This document shows, in pieces, positions 1 to 9,114 of a stretch of DNA of 64,000 bases. Both the position numbers and the translations under genes were made by a program. The notes beneath the pieces are model-generated. The model ran no database searches. It was not told the DNA's origin and was given only the letters and a program-made list of their open reading frames with translations. Position 1 is the first letter of the stretch, and each line of letters begins with the position of its first letter. Source of the DNA: Clostridia bacterium (GTDB lineage Bacteria; Bacillota; Clostridia; Oscillospirales; CAG-272); assembly GCA_017961575.1 (NCBI GenBank), contig JAGCXA010000044.1, forward strand, positions 5,705 through 69,704. Direction: 5' to 3'.

Positions 1-1391
1 AGGGCAGCGATTTCATCTACCAATACACCGCAGCCAGCGGAGGCGGTTATTCCAGCGCGGCTGCCCGTGGCACACTGGCGTTCGATATGGAATGGATGAC
101 GAATCCGGAAGCGAGCAAGTTCGTGATGAACGCGGTCTACTATTTCGAGATCCCGGTCAACGGCGGCGAATTCGCTTTGGGTTCGGTTCCCGATAAACGA
201 GGCGCCTATCTGTTCTACCTCGATATTGCCGCCAACGCCGGCACGGCGGAGGACAAAGACCGCGTGACCGTGACCGAGAAGATCAAAGACGAGAGTTATT
301 CCGTTTCGCTTCCCCGCGGCGTGCAGCTGGTCGAATCCGGCAACGCGTACGACGCCTCCAAGCCGTACGAGTTCGCAACGTTCGCCCTGAAAAGCGGGTT
401 CAGCGGAACCTATCCGCTGGTACGCACCGGCACCGACGTTCTCTATACCGAAAATACGTATGCCAAACTGACCTACATCGGGGCGACGCTGAGTGCCGGA
501 ACAGACGACGGCGAGGGAGGGACGGATCCCTACGCGTACTATCCGAACGGATACGTGATCCGCTACCTGGAACACGTAACCGATAAGGGAAGGGACACCG
601 ACAACTACGACCACTTCCTGATCGAAACGATCGACGCCTACGACAGTGCGGGAACCCGAACGGGAAGAACCGTCAGGGTGTACGCGGACGTCGAGAATTT
701 GGAAGTGAACGACACGGTGGATGAAGCCGACCTTGATTTGATCATCACCTTTACCTACGATCCCGCGGGACACAGCGGTATGAAAACACGCGTCGTCCGC
801 GCCGTGTCGGAGGGGGGATTCAATATCTCCTTCGACCAGAACGTAACGATTATTTCCGCGTCGATAACAAGCGAAGCCGTGCACGTGAACTTCGGTGACA
901 ATACCGCGTCTACCCTGATTACCGCGTCCGCCGCGACGCCGCTTGCCGCCAATACCGTCGTTTCGGAGCTCAATATGTCCGGTTTGACGGAGAGCACCGT
1001 GGAGAATAAGTACTTTGCCTCGGTGTACGGACCGAACGCCGTCGACCAGCCCGCCGAGATCGCCACGTACTTCTATTACTATGAGGGAAGCGGCGTGTCC
1101 GTCACGCCGACGACCGCGATCACGATGCCGCAGCTGGACACCGGCAACGCCGCTCAGGCAAGGAATCTGACTTACGCGGTCACGCTGACCCCCGGCGACG
1201 GCGTTTCAAGCGTGAAGGTTTACGGCAAACGGCTGCTTGATTCCTACACCTATTCCACAAAGGTTCTGAATGAGACGGAGGGCGAAAGCATCGTTGACTC
1301 GGGAACCGTAACGGTGACCGTAAGCGGCGTAACGGTCAACGGCACCTCGCTCGGAACGACCAACACCGAAATTACGATCAACGGGAGCTAA
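1..1391 (+). CDS. C-terminal part of a larger secreted/surface-type protein of unknown function; the 5' end lies upstream of the window
   Basis: The frame is open from nt 3 (GSDFIYQYTAASGGGYSS...) into the listed ORF 87..1391, so the ATG at 87 is probably internal. The composition is Thr/Val/Ser/Asn-rich and beta-strand-like. I recognise no catalytic motif. Confidence 0.55.
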   Translation, partial: GSDFIYQYTAASGGGYSSAAARGTLAFDMEWMTNPEASKFVMNAVYYFEIPVNGGEFALGSVPDKRGAYLFYLDIAANAGTAEDKDRVTVTEKIKDESYSVSLPRGVQLVESGNAYDASKPYEFATFALKSGFSGTYPLVRTGTDVLYTENTYAKLTYIGATLSAGTDDGEGGTDPYAYYPNGYVIRYLEHVTDKGRDTDNYDHFLIETIDAYDSAGTRTGRTVRVYADVENLEVNDTVDEADLDLIITFTYDPAGHSGMKTRVVRAVSEGGFNISFDQNVTIISASITSEAVHVNFGDNTASTLITASAATPLAANTVVSELNMSGLTESTVENKYFASVYGPNAVDQPAEIATYFYYYEGSGVSVTPTTAITMPQLDTGNAAQARNLTYAVTLTPGDGVSSVKVYGKRLLDSYTYSTKVLNETEGESIVDSGTVTVTVSGVTVNGTSLGTTNTEITINGS

Positions 1392-1589
1392 CGACGCAAA
1401 ACAACGCTTCGTCGCCCCGTCTCCCATCCCCGGTACGCCGGGCTTCCTACCGTTTCCGCAGGCGGGCAACCGCTGAAAAACCGGAAAAACCGCACCGCAA
1501 ATACCCTACCCCAGCGCAAGGGCGCCCGGAGCAATCCGGGCGTCTGTTGCGTTTTCGGGGACGCCCTGCAAGCGGAAACGCAAAAAGAA

Positions 1590-1620
1590 AGCGCACGGAT
1601 CGCTCCGTGCGCTTTTCGTT
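1590..1620. terminator. Bidirectional intrinsic terminator between convergent genes
   Basis: A 10-bp stem agcgcacgga/tccgtgcgct (1590-1613) has a 4-nt loop. A T-run follows on the plus strand (ttttcgtttt) and on the minus strand (ttcttttt). Confidence 0.6.
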
Positions 1621-1649
1621 TTCCGGGGCGGGGAAGCCCCGCCGGGAGA

Positions 1650-2654
1650 TTACTTGTTCTTCTGCGACTCCTCGACGGCGACCGCGACGGCGACCGTCGC
1701 GCCGACCATCGGGTTGTTGCCCATACCGATGAGCCCCATCATTTCGACGTGCGCCGGGACCGAAGAGGAACCCGCGAACTGCGCGTCGCTGTGCATACGA
1801 CCCATCGTGTCGGTCATGCCGTAGCTGGACGGACCGGCAGCCATATTGTCGGGGTGCAGGGTTCTGCCCGTTCCGCCGCCCGAGGCGACCGAGAAGTACT
1901 TGACGCCGTTCTCGACGCACCATTTCTTGTAGGTGCCGGCGACCGGGTGCTGGAAGCGGGTCGGGTTGGTCGAGTTACCGGTGATCGAAACGCCGACGTG
2001 TTCGAGTTTCATGATCGCCACGCCCTCCGGCACATTGTCGGCGCCGTAGCAGCGGACGTTCGCGCGCGGACCCTGCGAGTAGGCGGTCTTCGAGACGACC
2101 TTGACCTCTTCGGTGTAGGGGTCGAACTCGGTCTTGCAGTAGGTAAAGCCGTTGATGCGCGAGATGATGAAGGCGGCGTCCTTGCCCAGCCCGTTCAGGA
2201 TGACCTGCAGGGGGTTCTTACGCACCTTGTTCGCGTTCAGGGCGATCTTGATCGCGCCCTCGGCGGCGGCAAACGACTCGTGTCCCGCGAGGAAGCAGAA
2301 GCAGCTCGTCTCCTCCGAGAGGAGCATCGCGCCGAGATTGCCGTGACCGAGCCCGACCTTGCGGTTCTCGGCGACCGAACCGGGGATGCAGAACGCCTGC
2401 AACCCGATGCCGATGGCGGCGGCGGCGTCAGACGCCTTCTTGCAGCCCTTTTTCAGGGCGATGGCGGCGCCGACGGTGTACGCCCAGACGGCGTTCTCAA
2501 AGCAGATCGGCTGCGTTTCGCGCACGATCTTGTCGCAGTCGATGCCGGCGGCAAGGGTGATGTCGCGGCACTCCTCGATCGAGTTGATGCCGTATTCTTT
2601 CAGGGCGGCGTTGATCTTGTCAACTCTTCTTTCGTATCCTTCAAACAATGCCAT
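1650..2654 (-). CDS. GGGtGRT family protein (conserved, function unknown)
   Basis: The 334-aa ORF contains the family-defining motif ...FSVASGGGTGRTLHPDNM.... It sits in the usual pairing with a NifU-like gene immediately upstream. Confidence 0.85.
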   Translation of the reverse strand: MALFEGYERRVDKINAALKEYGINSIEECRDITLAAGIDCDKIVRETQPICFENAVWAYTVGAAIALKKGCKKASDAAAAIGIGLQAFCIPGSVAENRKVGLGHGNLGAMLLSEETSCFCFLAGHESFAAAEGAIKIALNANKVRKNPLQVILNGLGKDAAFIISRINGFTYCKTEFDPYTEEVKVVSKTAYSQGPRANVRCYGADNVPEGVAIMKLEHVGVSITGNSTNPTRFQHPVAGTYKKWCVENGVKYFSVASGGGTGRTLHPDNMAAGPSSYGMTDTMGRMHSDAQFAGSSSVPAHVEMMGLIGMGNNPMVGATVAVAVAVEESQKNK

Positions 2655-2668
2655 TTCGCTCGTCCTCC

Positions 2669-3376
2669 TTATTTCTTCCGGGGGTCGATATAGCTGACCG
2701 CGTCGGCGAATCTGCCGTAGGTGCCGATCGACTTCTGATAAGCGGTGTTCGGATCGTCGCCGCGTTTGATGAAGTCGGTCATCTTGCCGAGCGAAACGAA
2801 CTCGTACCCGATCACCTGATTGTCGGCGTCAAGCGCCATCCGGGTGACGTAGCCCTCCGCCATTTCGAGGTAGCGGACGCCCTTCGCCTTCGTGCCGTAC
2901 ATCGTGCCGACCTGCGAACGGGTGCCTTTGCCGAGGTCTTCCAGCCCCGCGCCGATCACGAGTCCGCCCTCGGAGAACGCCGATTGGGTACGCCCGTAGA
3001 CGATTTGCAGGAAAAGTTCGCGCATCGCGGTGTTGATCGCGTCGCAGACGAGGTCGGTGTTCAGCGCTTCCAGAATGGTTTTACCGGGCAGGATCTCCGC
3101 CGCCATCGCGGCGGAATGGGTCATCCCGGAGCAGCCGATCGTCTCGACCAGCGCCTCCTCGATGATCCCTTTTTTCACGTTCAGGGTCAGTTTGCAGGCG
3201 CCCTGCTGGGGAGCGCACCAGCCGATCCCGTGGGTAAGACCGGAGATGTCGGACACCTCTTTCGCCTGCACCCATTTCCCCTCTTCGGGAAGCGGGGCGG
3301 GACCGTGATCCGGACCCTTGGCGACGGTGCACATCGCGGCGACGTCGCTCGACATCGCGTATTCACACTTGCTCAT
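2669..3376 (-). CDS. NifU/IscU-like iron-sulfur cluster scaffold-related protein (partner of the GGGtGRT protein)
   Basis: The 235-aa ORF has an N-terminal IscU-like segment (GWCAPQQGACKLTLNVKKGIIEEALVETIGCSGMTHSAAMAAEIL) with conserved Cys residues. Only 14 nt separate it from the GGGtGRT gene. Confidence 0.7.
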   Translation of the reverse strand: MSKCEYAMSSDVAAMCTVAKGPDHGPAPLPEEGKWVQAKEVSDISGLTHGIGWCAPQQGACKLTLNVKKGIIEEALVETIGCSGMTHSAAMAAEILPGKTILEALNTDLVCDAINTAMRELFLQIVYGRTQSAFSEGGLVIGAGLEDLGKGTRSQVGTMYGTKAKGVRYLEMAEGYVTRMALDADNQVIGYEFVSLGKMTDFIKRGDDPNTAYQKSIGTYGRFADAVSYIDPRKK

Positions 3377-3411
3377 GTTCTTTCTCCTTTTCGTTTGATC
3401 CGCGCGGGCGG

Positions 3412-3975
3412 TCAGTCGACGATGATCTCGCCTTCGGTCGCGCCGAACGCGGCGTTCGATTCGTCGGTGTCAATGTGCATCGCGGGGGAAAACTTCGTGC
3501 TGACGCGCACGACCACCGCGTCGAAGATCAGGGGACGGAGCCCGTTGACCTTGACCTTGACGATCTGCTTGTCCTTCACGCCGAATTCCGCGGCGGTTTC
3601 GGGGGTCAGATGGATGTGCCGCTGCGCCGCGATCACGCCCTCGGAAAGTTCGATCTCGCCGCACGGCCCGATGATCTTGCACGCGCCGCTCCCGGCAATA
3701 TCGCCGCTCTCGCGGATCGGCGCCTTCACGCCGATGGTGCGCGCGTCGGTCAGGGAAAGTTCGACCTGATCGGCGCTCCGTTCGGGACCGAGGATGCTGG
3801 CGGAGAGCTGTCCGCGCTCGCCGACGACGGTCACCTTCTCGGCGCAGGCGAACTGCCCGGGCTGGGAAAGGTCCTTCTTCTTCGTCAGCTGGTAGCCGGC
3901 GCCGAAGAGAAGATCGACGTGCTCACGGGTAAGATGAACGTGACGGGCGGAGGTTTCCACAATAATTTTTGCCAT
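3412..3975 (-). CDS. pduL: Phosphate propanoyltransferase / phosphotransacylase PduL
   Basis: The 187-aa ORF carries the duplicated PduL signature (SARHVHLTREHVDLLFG ... AQRHIHLTPETAAEFG) and has the typical length. Confidence 0.85.
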   Translation of the reverse strand: MAKIIVETSARHVHLTREHVDLLFGAGYQLTKKKDLSQPGQFACAEKVTVVGERGQLSASILGPERSADQVELSLTDARTIGVKAPIRESGDIAGSGACKIIGPCGEIELSEGVIAAQRHIHLTPETAAEFGVKDKQIVKVKVNGLRPLIFDAVVVRVSTKFSPAMHIDTDESNAAFGATEGEIIVD

Positions 3976-4139
3976 TGTTTTGTCTCCTTAATCTGTTCTT
4001 TTTTTCTTCCGCCGAATATTATAACATATAAGAATTGAAAAGTAAATGCGCAGAAAAGATAATCTCGCGTCGGAATAAAAACGATTCTTCGGCAAAAACT
4101 ATAAAAACGAAAAAAGGAACAGCGGGAGCGGAAAAGCAA

Positions 4140-4898
4140 ATGGAAAAAAGACAGACCGAAGAGACAGAAAAGAAGAGCGATCAGGGAGAGGGCGTCAACC
4201 TTCTGCCGGGCGGCGGCGGGGTGACGGCGGAGAACGGGCGCGAGTGCTTCTACTGCCTGAACGTCATCGGGCAGATCGAGGGGCATTACGTGCAGGAGAG
4301 CAACCAGAAAACGACCAAATACGAGCATCTGATCCCGCTGCTGTTCGCGCTCGAAGAGGACGAACGGGTCGACGGGATCCTGATCCTTCTGAATACCATG
4401 GGCGGGGACGTCGAGGCGGGGCTCGCCATCTCGGAGGTGATCGCCTCGCTCGACAAGCCGACCGTCTCGGTGGTGCTGGGCGGGGGACATTCGATCGGCG
4501 TGCCGCTCGCCGTCTCTGCAAAGCGGTCGTTCATCGTCCCCTCCGCCACCATGACCGTCCATCCCGTCCGTACCACCGGAACGGTCATATCGGCGCCGCA
4601 GAGTTTCGCCTATCTCTCCGAGATGCAGGAGCGGATCGTCCGCTTCGTCGTCGAGCATTCGCGCGTCGGGCGCGACTATTTCGAGGAGGTGATGATGCGC
4701 ACCGACCGGATGGCGAACGACGTCGGTTCGATCCTCGAAGGCGAGGAGGCGGTCGGGTGCGGACTGATCGACGGGATCGGCGGGATCCGCGAGGCGCTGT
4801 CCGCCCTGCGCGAGATGGCGGGGATCCCCGCGCCGCCGCTGCGCCGCCGCGCCGCGGGAAACGGCGGCGCCGGGCGGTCGGAGGGGGAAAACGGCTGA
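4140..4898 (+). CDS. ClpP-family, TepA-like (translocation-enhancing protein) peptidase homologue
   Basis: A ClpP/TepA-like core is present: NVIGQIEGH...LIPLL...ILILLNTMGGDVEAGLAISEVI...TVHPVR. The listed ORF starts at a TTG at 4035. I prefer the ATG at 4140, which follows GGGAG, but the start is uncertain. Confidence 0.7.
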   Translation: MEKRQTEETEKKSDQGEGVNLLPGGGGVTAENGRECFYCLNVIGQIEGHYVQESNQKTTKYEHLIPLLFALEEDERVDGILILLNTMGGDVEAGLAISEVIASLDKPTVSVVLGGGHSIGVPLAVSAKRSFIVPSATMTVHPVRTTGTVISAPQSFAYLSEMQERIVRFVVEHSRVGRDYFEEVMMRTDRMANDVGSILEGEEAVGCGLIDGIGGIREALSALREMAGIPAPPLRRRAAGNGGAGRSEGENG

Positions 4899-5042
4899 CC
4901 GCCCTTATCCGCCCGCCCCGTCCGAGAGATTGACGACGAGGACGCCTTTCCGTTCGGCTCTCTTAAAGCAAATATACTTCAAACGTTATACCGCAAAAAT
5001 GACTTAAAATATACGCGAAATAAGTATTTTTCGGGGGACGTT

Positions 5043-5231
5043 ATGAGAAACAAGGAGAATAAGCATCTCGGGATCGAGATCGACCCGGAATTGCACCGAA
5101 AGATCAAGTACGTAGCCGAATACGAGGGGCGTTCGATCAACGGGCAGATCCTCTACCTCGTCAGACAATGCGTCAAAAAGTTTGAGAGCGAGGTCGAACC
5201 GATCGCCCCGGAATCCGGGGAAGGAAAATGA
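5043..5231 (+). CDS. Ribbon-helix-helix (Arc/CopG-like) DNA-binding protein, possibly the regulator of the adjacent phage-like cluster
   Basis: The 62-aa ORF begins HLGIEIDPELHRKIKYVAEYEGRSINGQILYLVRQCV, a beta-strand/helix/helix pattern typical of Arc/MetJ-type repressors. GGGGGA lies upstream of the ATG, and the flanks are comparatively AT-rich. Confidence 0.65.
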   Translation: MRNKENKHLGIEIDPELHRKIKYVAEYEGRSINGQILYLVRQCVKKFESEVEPIAPESGEGK

Positions 5232-5241
5232 AAACGAAAAG

Positions 5242-5267
5242 AGACCCGACGGTGCGGGTCTTTTTTC
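5242..5267 (+). terminator. Intrinsic terminator after the RHH gene
   Basis: The stem agacccg/cgggtct has a 6-nt loop and is followed by tttttt. Confidence 0.7.
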
Positions 5268-5413
5268 TTTCCTTGCTTCTTTTTCTCTTGTTCTATTTGT
5301 CACCTGACGGGTGACAAGCCAAAGAATGGTAAAATTGTGCAACCCTAACCGAAATGATAGACAAAATCGGTCTGCGATTTAGAAAAACGCGGACCGTTTT
5401 TCTTTTTTCGGCG

Positions 5414-5422
5414 TGCTATAAT
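5414..5422 (+). promoter_or_regulatory. Candidate extended -10 promoter (TGcTATAAT) for the phage-like cluster
   Basis: tgctataat lies at 5414-5422, about 145 nt upstream of terS. The -35 is poor. The downstream leader contains hairpins gtcacgc/gcgtgac (5424-5449) and ctgccg/cggcag. Confidence 0.35.
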
Positions 5423-5565
5423 AGTCACGCAACAGGTGAAAAGCGTGACGCCTGACGCAATTTGATCGCTGCCGCAGGACACGGCAGGTACGAGCCGCTT
5501 AGGCGTTTTTTTCGCCGGGTAGTCGGCGGGGCGATCCGAAAAAACGAACGAAGGGAGGGGGAAGT

Positions 5566-5946
5566 ATGACGGGGGAAAACGCGGCGCCGGACGGGGAGTC
5601 CGTACCCGACGGCGCGGGGGAGCGGATGATCCGCTATTTCCGCGAGTGCGCCGCCGGGGGAGAACTGCCCACCTTTTCGGGTGCGGCGGAACTGCTCGGG
5701 GTCGGGGTACTGACGCTCGGCGAGTGGCGGGCGCGCGATCCGGCGTTTGCCCGCGCGACGGCGGAGTGCAGGGCGATCACAGCCGATCATCTGCTCCGGC
5801 AGGGGCTCGCCAAGCGCTACGACGCCTCGCTCGTCAAATTCCTTCTTCCCTTTTTCGGGATGGGGTCCGACGGGGAGGAGGGACCCGACGAACTCTCGGT
5901 GAAGATCGAGGTTCTCGACGGGGGATCCCCGGACAATGCCGTCTGA
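5566..5946 (+). CDS. Terminase small subunit
   Basis: The 126-aa ORF has an HTH-like segment (PTFSGAAELLGVGVLTLGEWRARDPAFARATAECRAI) and the typical C-terminal ...YDASLVKFLL motif. It overlaps the terL start by 11 nt. The RBS is GGGAGGGGG. Confidence 0.75.
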   Translation: MTGENAAPDGESVPDGAGERMIRYFRECAAGGELPTFSGAAELLGVGVLTLGEWRARDPAFARATAECRAITADHLLRQGLAKRYDASLVKFLLPFFGMGSDGEEGPDELSVKIEVLDGGSPDNAV

Positions 5947-7312
5947 GGACGTTTCCTTCAAGGTGACGCCGCGGCAGAGGGCGTTTCTTTCCGCCTCCGA
6001 GCGGGAGGTGCTCTTCGGCGGGGCGGCGGGGGGAGGCAAGTCGTTCGGGCAACTGATCGACGCCTTCCTTTACGCGCTCCGTTACCCGAAGTCGAAGCAA
6101 CTGATCCTGCGACGTACCTATCCCGAACTCGAAAAATCGCTCATCCGGGTCAGCCGGACGATCTATCCCGGGTCGGTCTACACCTACAACGGGAGCAGTC
6201 ACGTCGGGTACTTCAAAAACGGGTCGCTGATCGATTTCGGCTATTCGGCGAGCGAAGCGGACGTCTTCCAATATCAATCGGCGGAATACGACGTCATCCG
6301 CTTCGACGAGCTGACCCACTTCACCGAGTTCCAGTACGTCTATATGCTCTCGCGGCTCCGGGGGGTCAACGGCTACCCGAAGCAGATCAAGTCGTCCACC
6401 AATCCGGGCGGGATCGGTCACGCTTGGGTGAAGGAGCGGTTCATCGACCCTTCGCCCCCCGATACGCCCTTCGTCGGCGAGGACGGGGGAAGCCGGATCT
6501 TCCTCCCCGCGAAGATCGACGACAATCCCTTTCTTGTCCGGGCGGATCCCGAATACCGGGAGCGCCTGCTCGCCCTGCCGGAGGAGCAGAAGCGGGCGCT
6601 TCTCTTCGGGGACTGGAACCTGCTCGAAGGCAGGTTCTTCCGGGAGTTCCGCTATGACCTTCACACCGTCGATCCCTTCCCGATTCCGGCGCATTGGCGG
6701 AAATACCGGACACTCGACTACGGACTCGACCGACTTGCCTGTCTTTGGGCGGCGCTCGATCCCGACGGCAACGTCTGGATCTATCGGGAGGTGTGCCGCT
6801 CCGATCTCATCATCTCGGACGCCGCCCGCGCCATCCTTTCGGCGGAGGGGGCGGGGGAGACGGTCTACGCGACGCTCTCTCCCCCCGATCTCTTCGCCCG
6901 GAGTCAGGAGTCGGGGCGCTCGCGCGCCCTGCTCTTCGCGGAGCACGGCGTCCGATTGACCAAGACCGAAAACGATCGGGAGACGGGTTGGCTCGCGGTC
7001 AAGGAGTTGTTAAAACAGGAGGGGGACCGTCCGCCGCGCTGCCGGATCTTCCGGACCTGTACCGAACTGATCCGGTGTCTTTCCTCGATCGAGTGCGATC
7101 CGGCGCGTCCCGGGGACGTGCGGAGCGAACCTCATCGCCTGACCCACGCCCCCGACGCGCTCCGCGGATTCGCGATCTACTACGCGCGTCCGAATCCGAT
7201 AGAGGAGCGCGTCCGGGGTCGCCGCTGGACGCCCGATCAATGGGAGGACTACGAAAACGCCGACCGCGCGGGGCGGGATTATCTGCTTCGCCGGTACGGC
7301 AGACCCGAGTAA
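5936..7312 (+). CDS. Terminase large subunit
   Basis: The 458-aa ORF has a Walker A motif (FGGAAGGGKSF), a Walker B-like motif (YDVIRFDELTHF) and a C-terminal RNase-H-like nuclease region. It sits between terS and the portal gene. Confidence 0.85.
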   Translation: MPSEDVSFKVTPRQRAFLSASEREVLFGGAAGGGKSFGQLIDAFLYALRYPKSKQLILRRTYPELEKSLIRVSRTIYPGSVYTYNGSSHVGYFKNGSLIDFGYSASEADVFQYQSAEYDVIRFDELTHFTEFQYVYMLSRLRGVNGYPKQIKSSTNPGGIGHAWVKERFIDPSPPDTPFVGEDGGSRIFLPAKIDDNPFLVRADPEYRERLLALPEEQKRALLFGDWNLLEGRFFREFRYDLHTVDPFPIPAHWRKYRTLDYGLDRLACLWAALDPDGNVWIYREVCRSDLIISDAARAILSAEGAGETVYATLSPPDLFARSQESGRSRALLFAEHGVRLTKTENDRETGWLAVKELLKQEGDRPPRCRIFRTCTELIRCLSSIECDPARPGDVRSEPHRLTHAPDALRGFAIYYARPNPIEERVRGRRWTPDQWEDYENADRAGRDYLLRRYGRPE

Positions 7313-7341
7313 CGAACCGAAAAACAAAGGAGACAAAGAAC

Positions 7342-9114
7342 TTGAAAATCGAGGAAGGCGTTTCCCGTCTCTCCTTTTTCGCGTCCCTCTACGAGGAGGC
7401 GAAGGAACGGTTGACGGGAATCAGCGAAGCGCTCGAAAAGAACGAGGCGCAGTACCGCGGCGACGACAGGATCGACGGGTCGACCGAGCGCGCCACCGCC
7501 GTCCGCAACATCACCTACGAGATCGTCGAAAGCCAGGTCGCGTCGGACGTCCCGCAGCCGAAGATCACGGCGGCGGAGTACAGCGAGGAACGCGAACGGC
7601 TCGCCCACGCCGTCGAGCGGCTCTGCGTTTCGGTGCGGGACGAACTCCCCTTCGAGGAGATGAACGATCTTGACGAGCGTTACACCTACGTCTACGGCGG
7701 AAGCGTGTGGCTCGTCGAATGGGAAGAACGGGAGGGGGGTCGCGGCGGCGTTCGCGTCGAGTGCGTCTCTCCCCGCGACTTCTTTCCGCAGCCCGAACTC
7801 TGTCGGATCGAGGATATGGAGTACTGCTTCTTCCGTTTCGACACGACGCGCGAGGAGATCTGCCGCCGCTACGGCGTCAGTCCCGAGGTCGCGCGCGAAG
7901 CCGAACGAGAGGGGGCGTCGGACGGGATCGGCGAGACCGTCACCGTCGTCGTTTGCTACTACCGGGGCGAGGAGGGCGAGGTCTGCCGCTTCGTTTTCTC
8001 GGGCGACGCGGTGTTGGAGGACGCCGTCGGTTACTTCCGGCGGAAGATCGGGGATCGCCGCGCCGACGCCGAGCGACCCGGAAAACCCATCCCCCTGACC
8101 TCGGGCGACGCGATCAATCCCGTCACGGCGTACCTGCGCCCGGACGGGAGCGTCGGGCGCGTTCCGACCGCCCTTCCGTATTACGAGATCCGGGAATTCC
8201 CGATCGTGATCCGGCGGAACACCGCCGCCGAGCGGCGGCTTCTCGGTCAGTCCGACTGCGCCTTCATCCGCCCGCAGCAGCAGGCGATCAACAAGGTCGA
8301 GTCGCGCATCCTGCAAAAACTGATGCGCGGTTCGGTCACGCCCATCGTCCCCGAGGACGCGCAGATCTCGGTCAACAACAGCGTCTTCGGGCAGGTGATC
8401 CGGCTCCGCCCCGGCGAGAGCGCCGCCCAGTACGGGAAGGTGGACACCACCCCCGATGTTTCGCGCGACGTACTCGAAGCCGAACGGCTCTACGATCAGG
8501 CAAAGCGGATCGTCGGGATCTCGGACACCTATCAGGGGATGGATACCAACGTCGGCAACATCTCCGGGATCGCGCGGCAGTTGCAGGTCAGCCAGACGGC
8601 GGGACGGCTGGAATCGAAGCGCCGGATGAAGAACGCCGCCTACGCGAAGATCGACCGCCTGATCTTCCTCTACCATCTGTCCTACGCCGACGAGACGCGC
8701 GACCTGCACTATCTCGACACGTGGGGAAGGGAACAGAACGTGGCGTTCAACCGCTACGACTTCTATCGGTTCGATCCCGAACGCGGGGTCTATACCGTCG
8801 ACGACGGATTCCTCTTCTCCGCCGATCTCGGACAGGGCGCCGAGATCGGACGCGAGGCGCTCTGGGAACGCAATCTCGACAATCTGCGGGCGGGTACGCT
8901 CGGGGATCCCGCCGATCCCGGCACGCTGCTCCGCTATTGGCAGATGCAGGAGAGGGCGCACTATCCCTTCGCGCGGGATCAGGTGGAATTCTTCCGGAGA
9001 AGCGGAAAAGGGGAGGAGGTGAATCGGGAGAATGAGTCTGAAAGCGGCGACGAAGTCGCTCCTGTCGACGCTCTTTCCGTCCTCGCGTTCGGGCGGGGCG
9101 AAGGAACTCGCTAA
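7342..9114 (+). CDS. Portal protein
   Basis: The frame of the listed ORF 6694..9114 overlaps terL for 620 nt. The likely true start is the TTG at 7342, preceded by AAGGAG (7327-7332). The size (590 aa) and the position directly after terL fit a portal. Confidence 0.7.
   Translation: MKIEEGVSRLSFFASLYEEAKERLTGISEALEKNEAQYRGDDRIDGSTERATAVRNITYEIVESQVASDVPQPKITAAEYSEERERLAHAVERLCVSVRDELPFEEMNDLDERYTYVYGGSVWLVEWEEREGGRGGVRVECVSPRDFFPQPELCRIEDMEYCFFRFDTTREEICRRYGVSPEVAREAEREGASDGIGETVTVVVCYYRGEEGEVCRFVFSGDAVLEDAVGYFRRKIGDRRADAERPGKPIPLTSGDAINPVTAYLRPDGSVGRVPTALPYYEIREFPIVIRRNTAAERRLLGQSDCAFIRPQQQAINKVESRILQKLMRGSVTPIVPEDAQISVNNSVFGQVIRLRPGESAAQYGKVDTTPDVSRDVLEAERLYDQAKRIVGISDTYQGMDTNVGNISGIARQLQVSQTAGRLESKRRMKNAAYAKIDRLIFLYHLSYADETRDLHYLDTWGREQNVAFNRYDFYRFDPERGVYTVDDGFLFSADLGQGAEIGREALWERNLDNLRAGTLGDPADPGTLLRYWQMQERAHYPFARDQVEFFRRSGKGEEVNRENESESGDEVAPVDALSVLAFGRGEGTR

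Noticed and set aside
4035-4139. The upstream TTG start for the TepA-like gene (listed ORF 4035..4898).
   Set aside because: The first 35 codons are Lys/Asn-rich and lie in the AT-rich promoter-like spacer shared with the divergent pduL operon. The ATG at 4140 follows a GGGAG. The choice remains uncertain.
6694-7341. An N-terminal 216-aa extension of the portal ORF (listed as 6694..9114).
   Set aside because: It would overlap terL by about 620 nt, and the extension is Arg/Gly/Pro-rich with no portal-like sequence. A TTG at 7342, preceded by AAGGAG just after the terL stop, gives a normal 590-aa portal.
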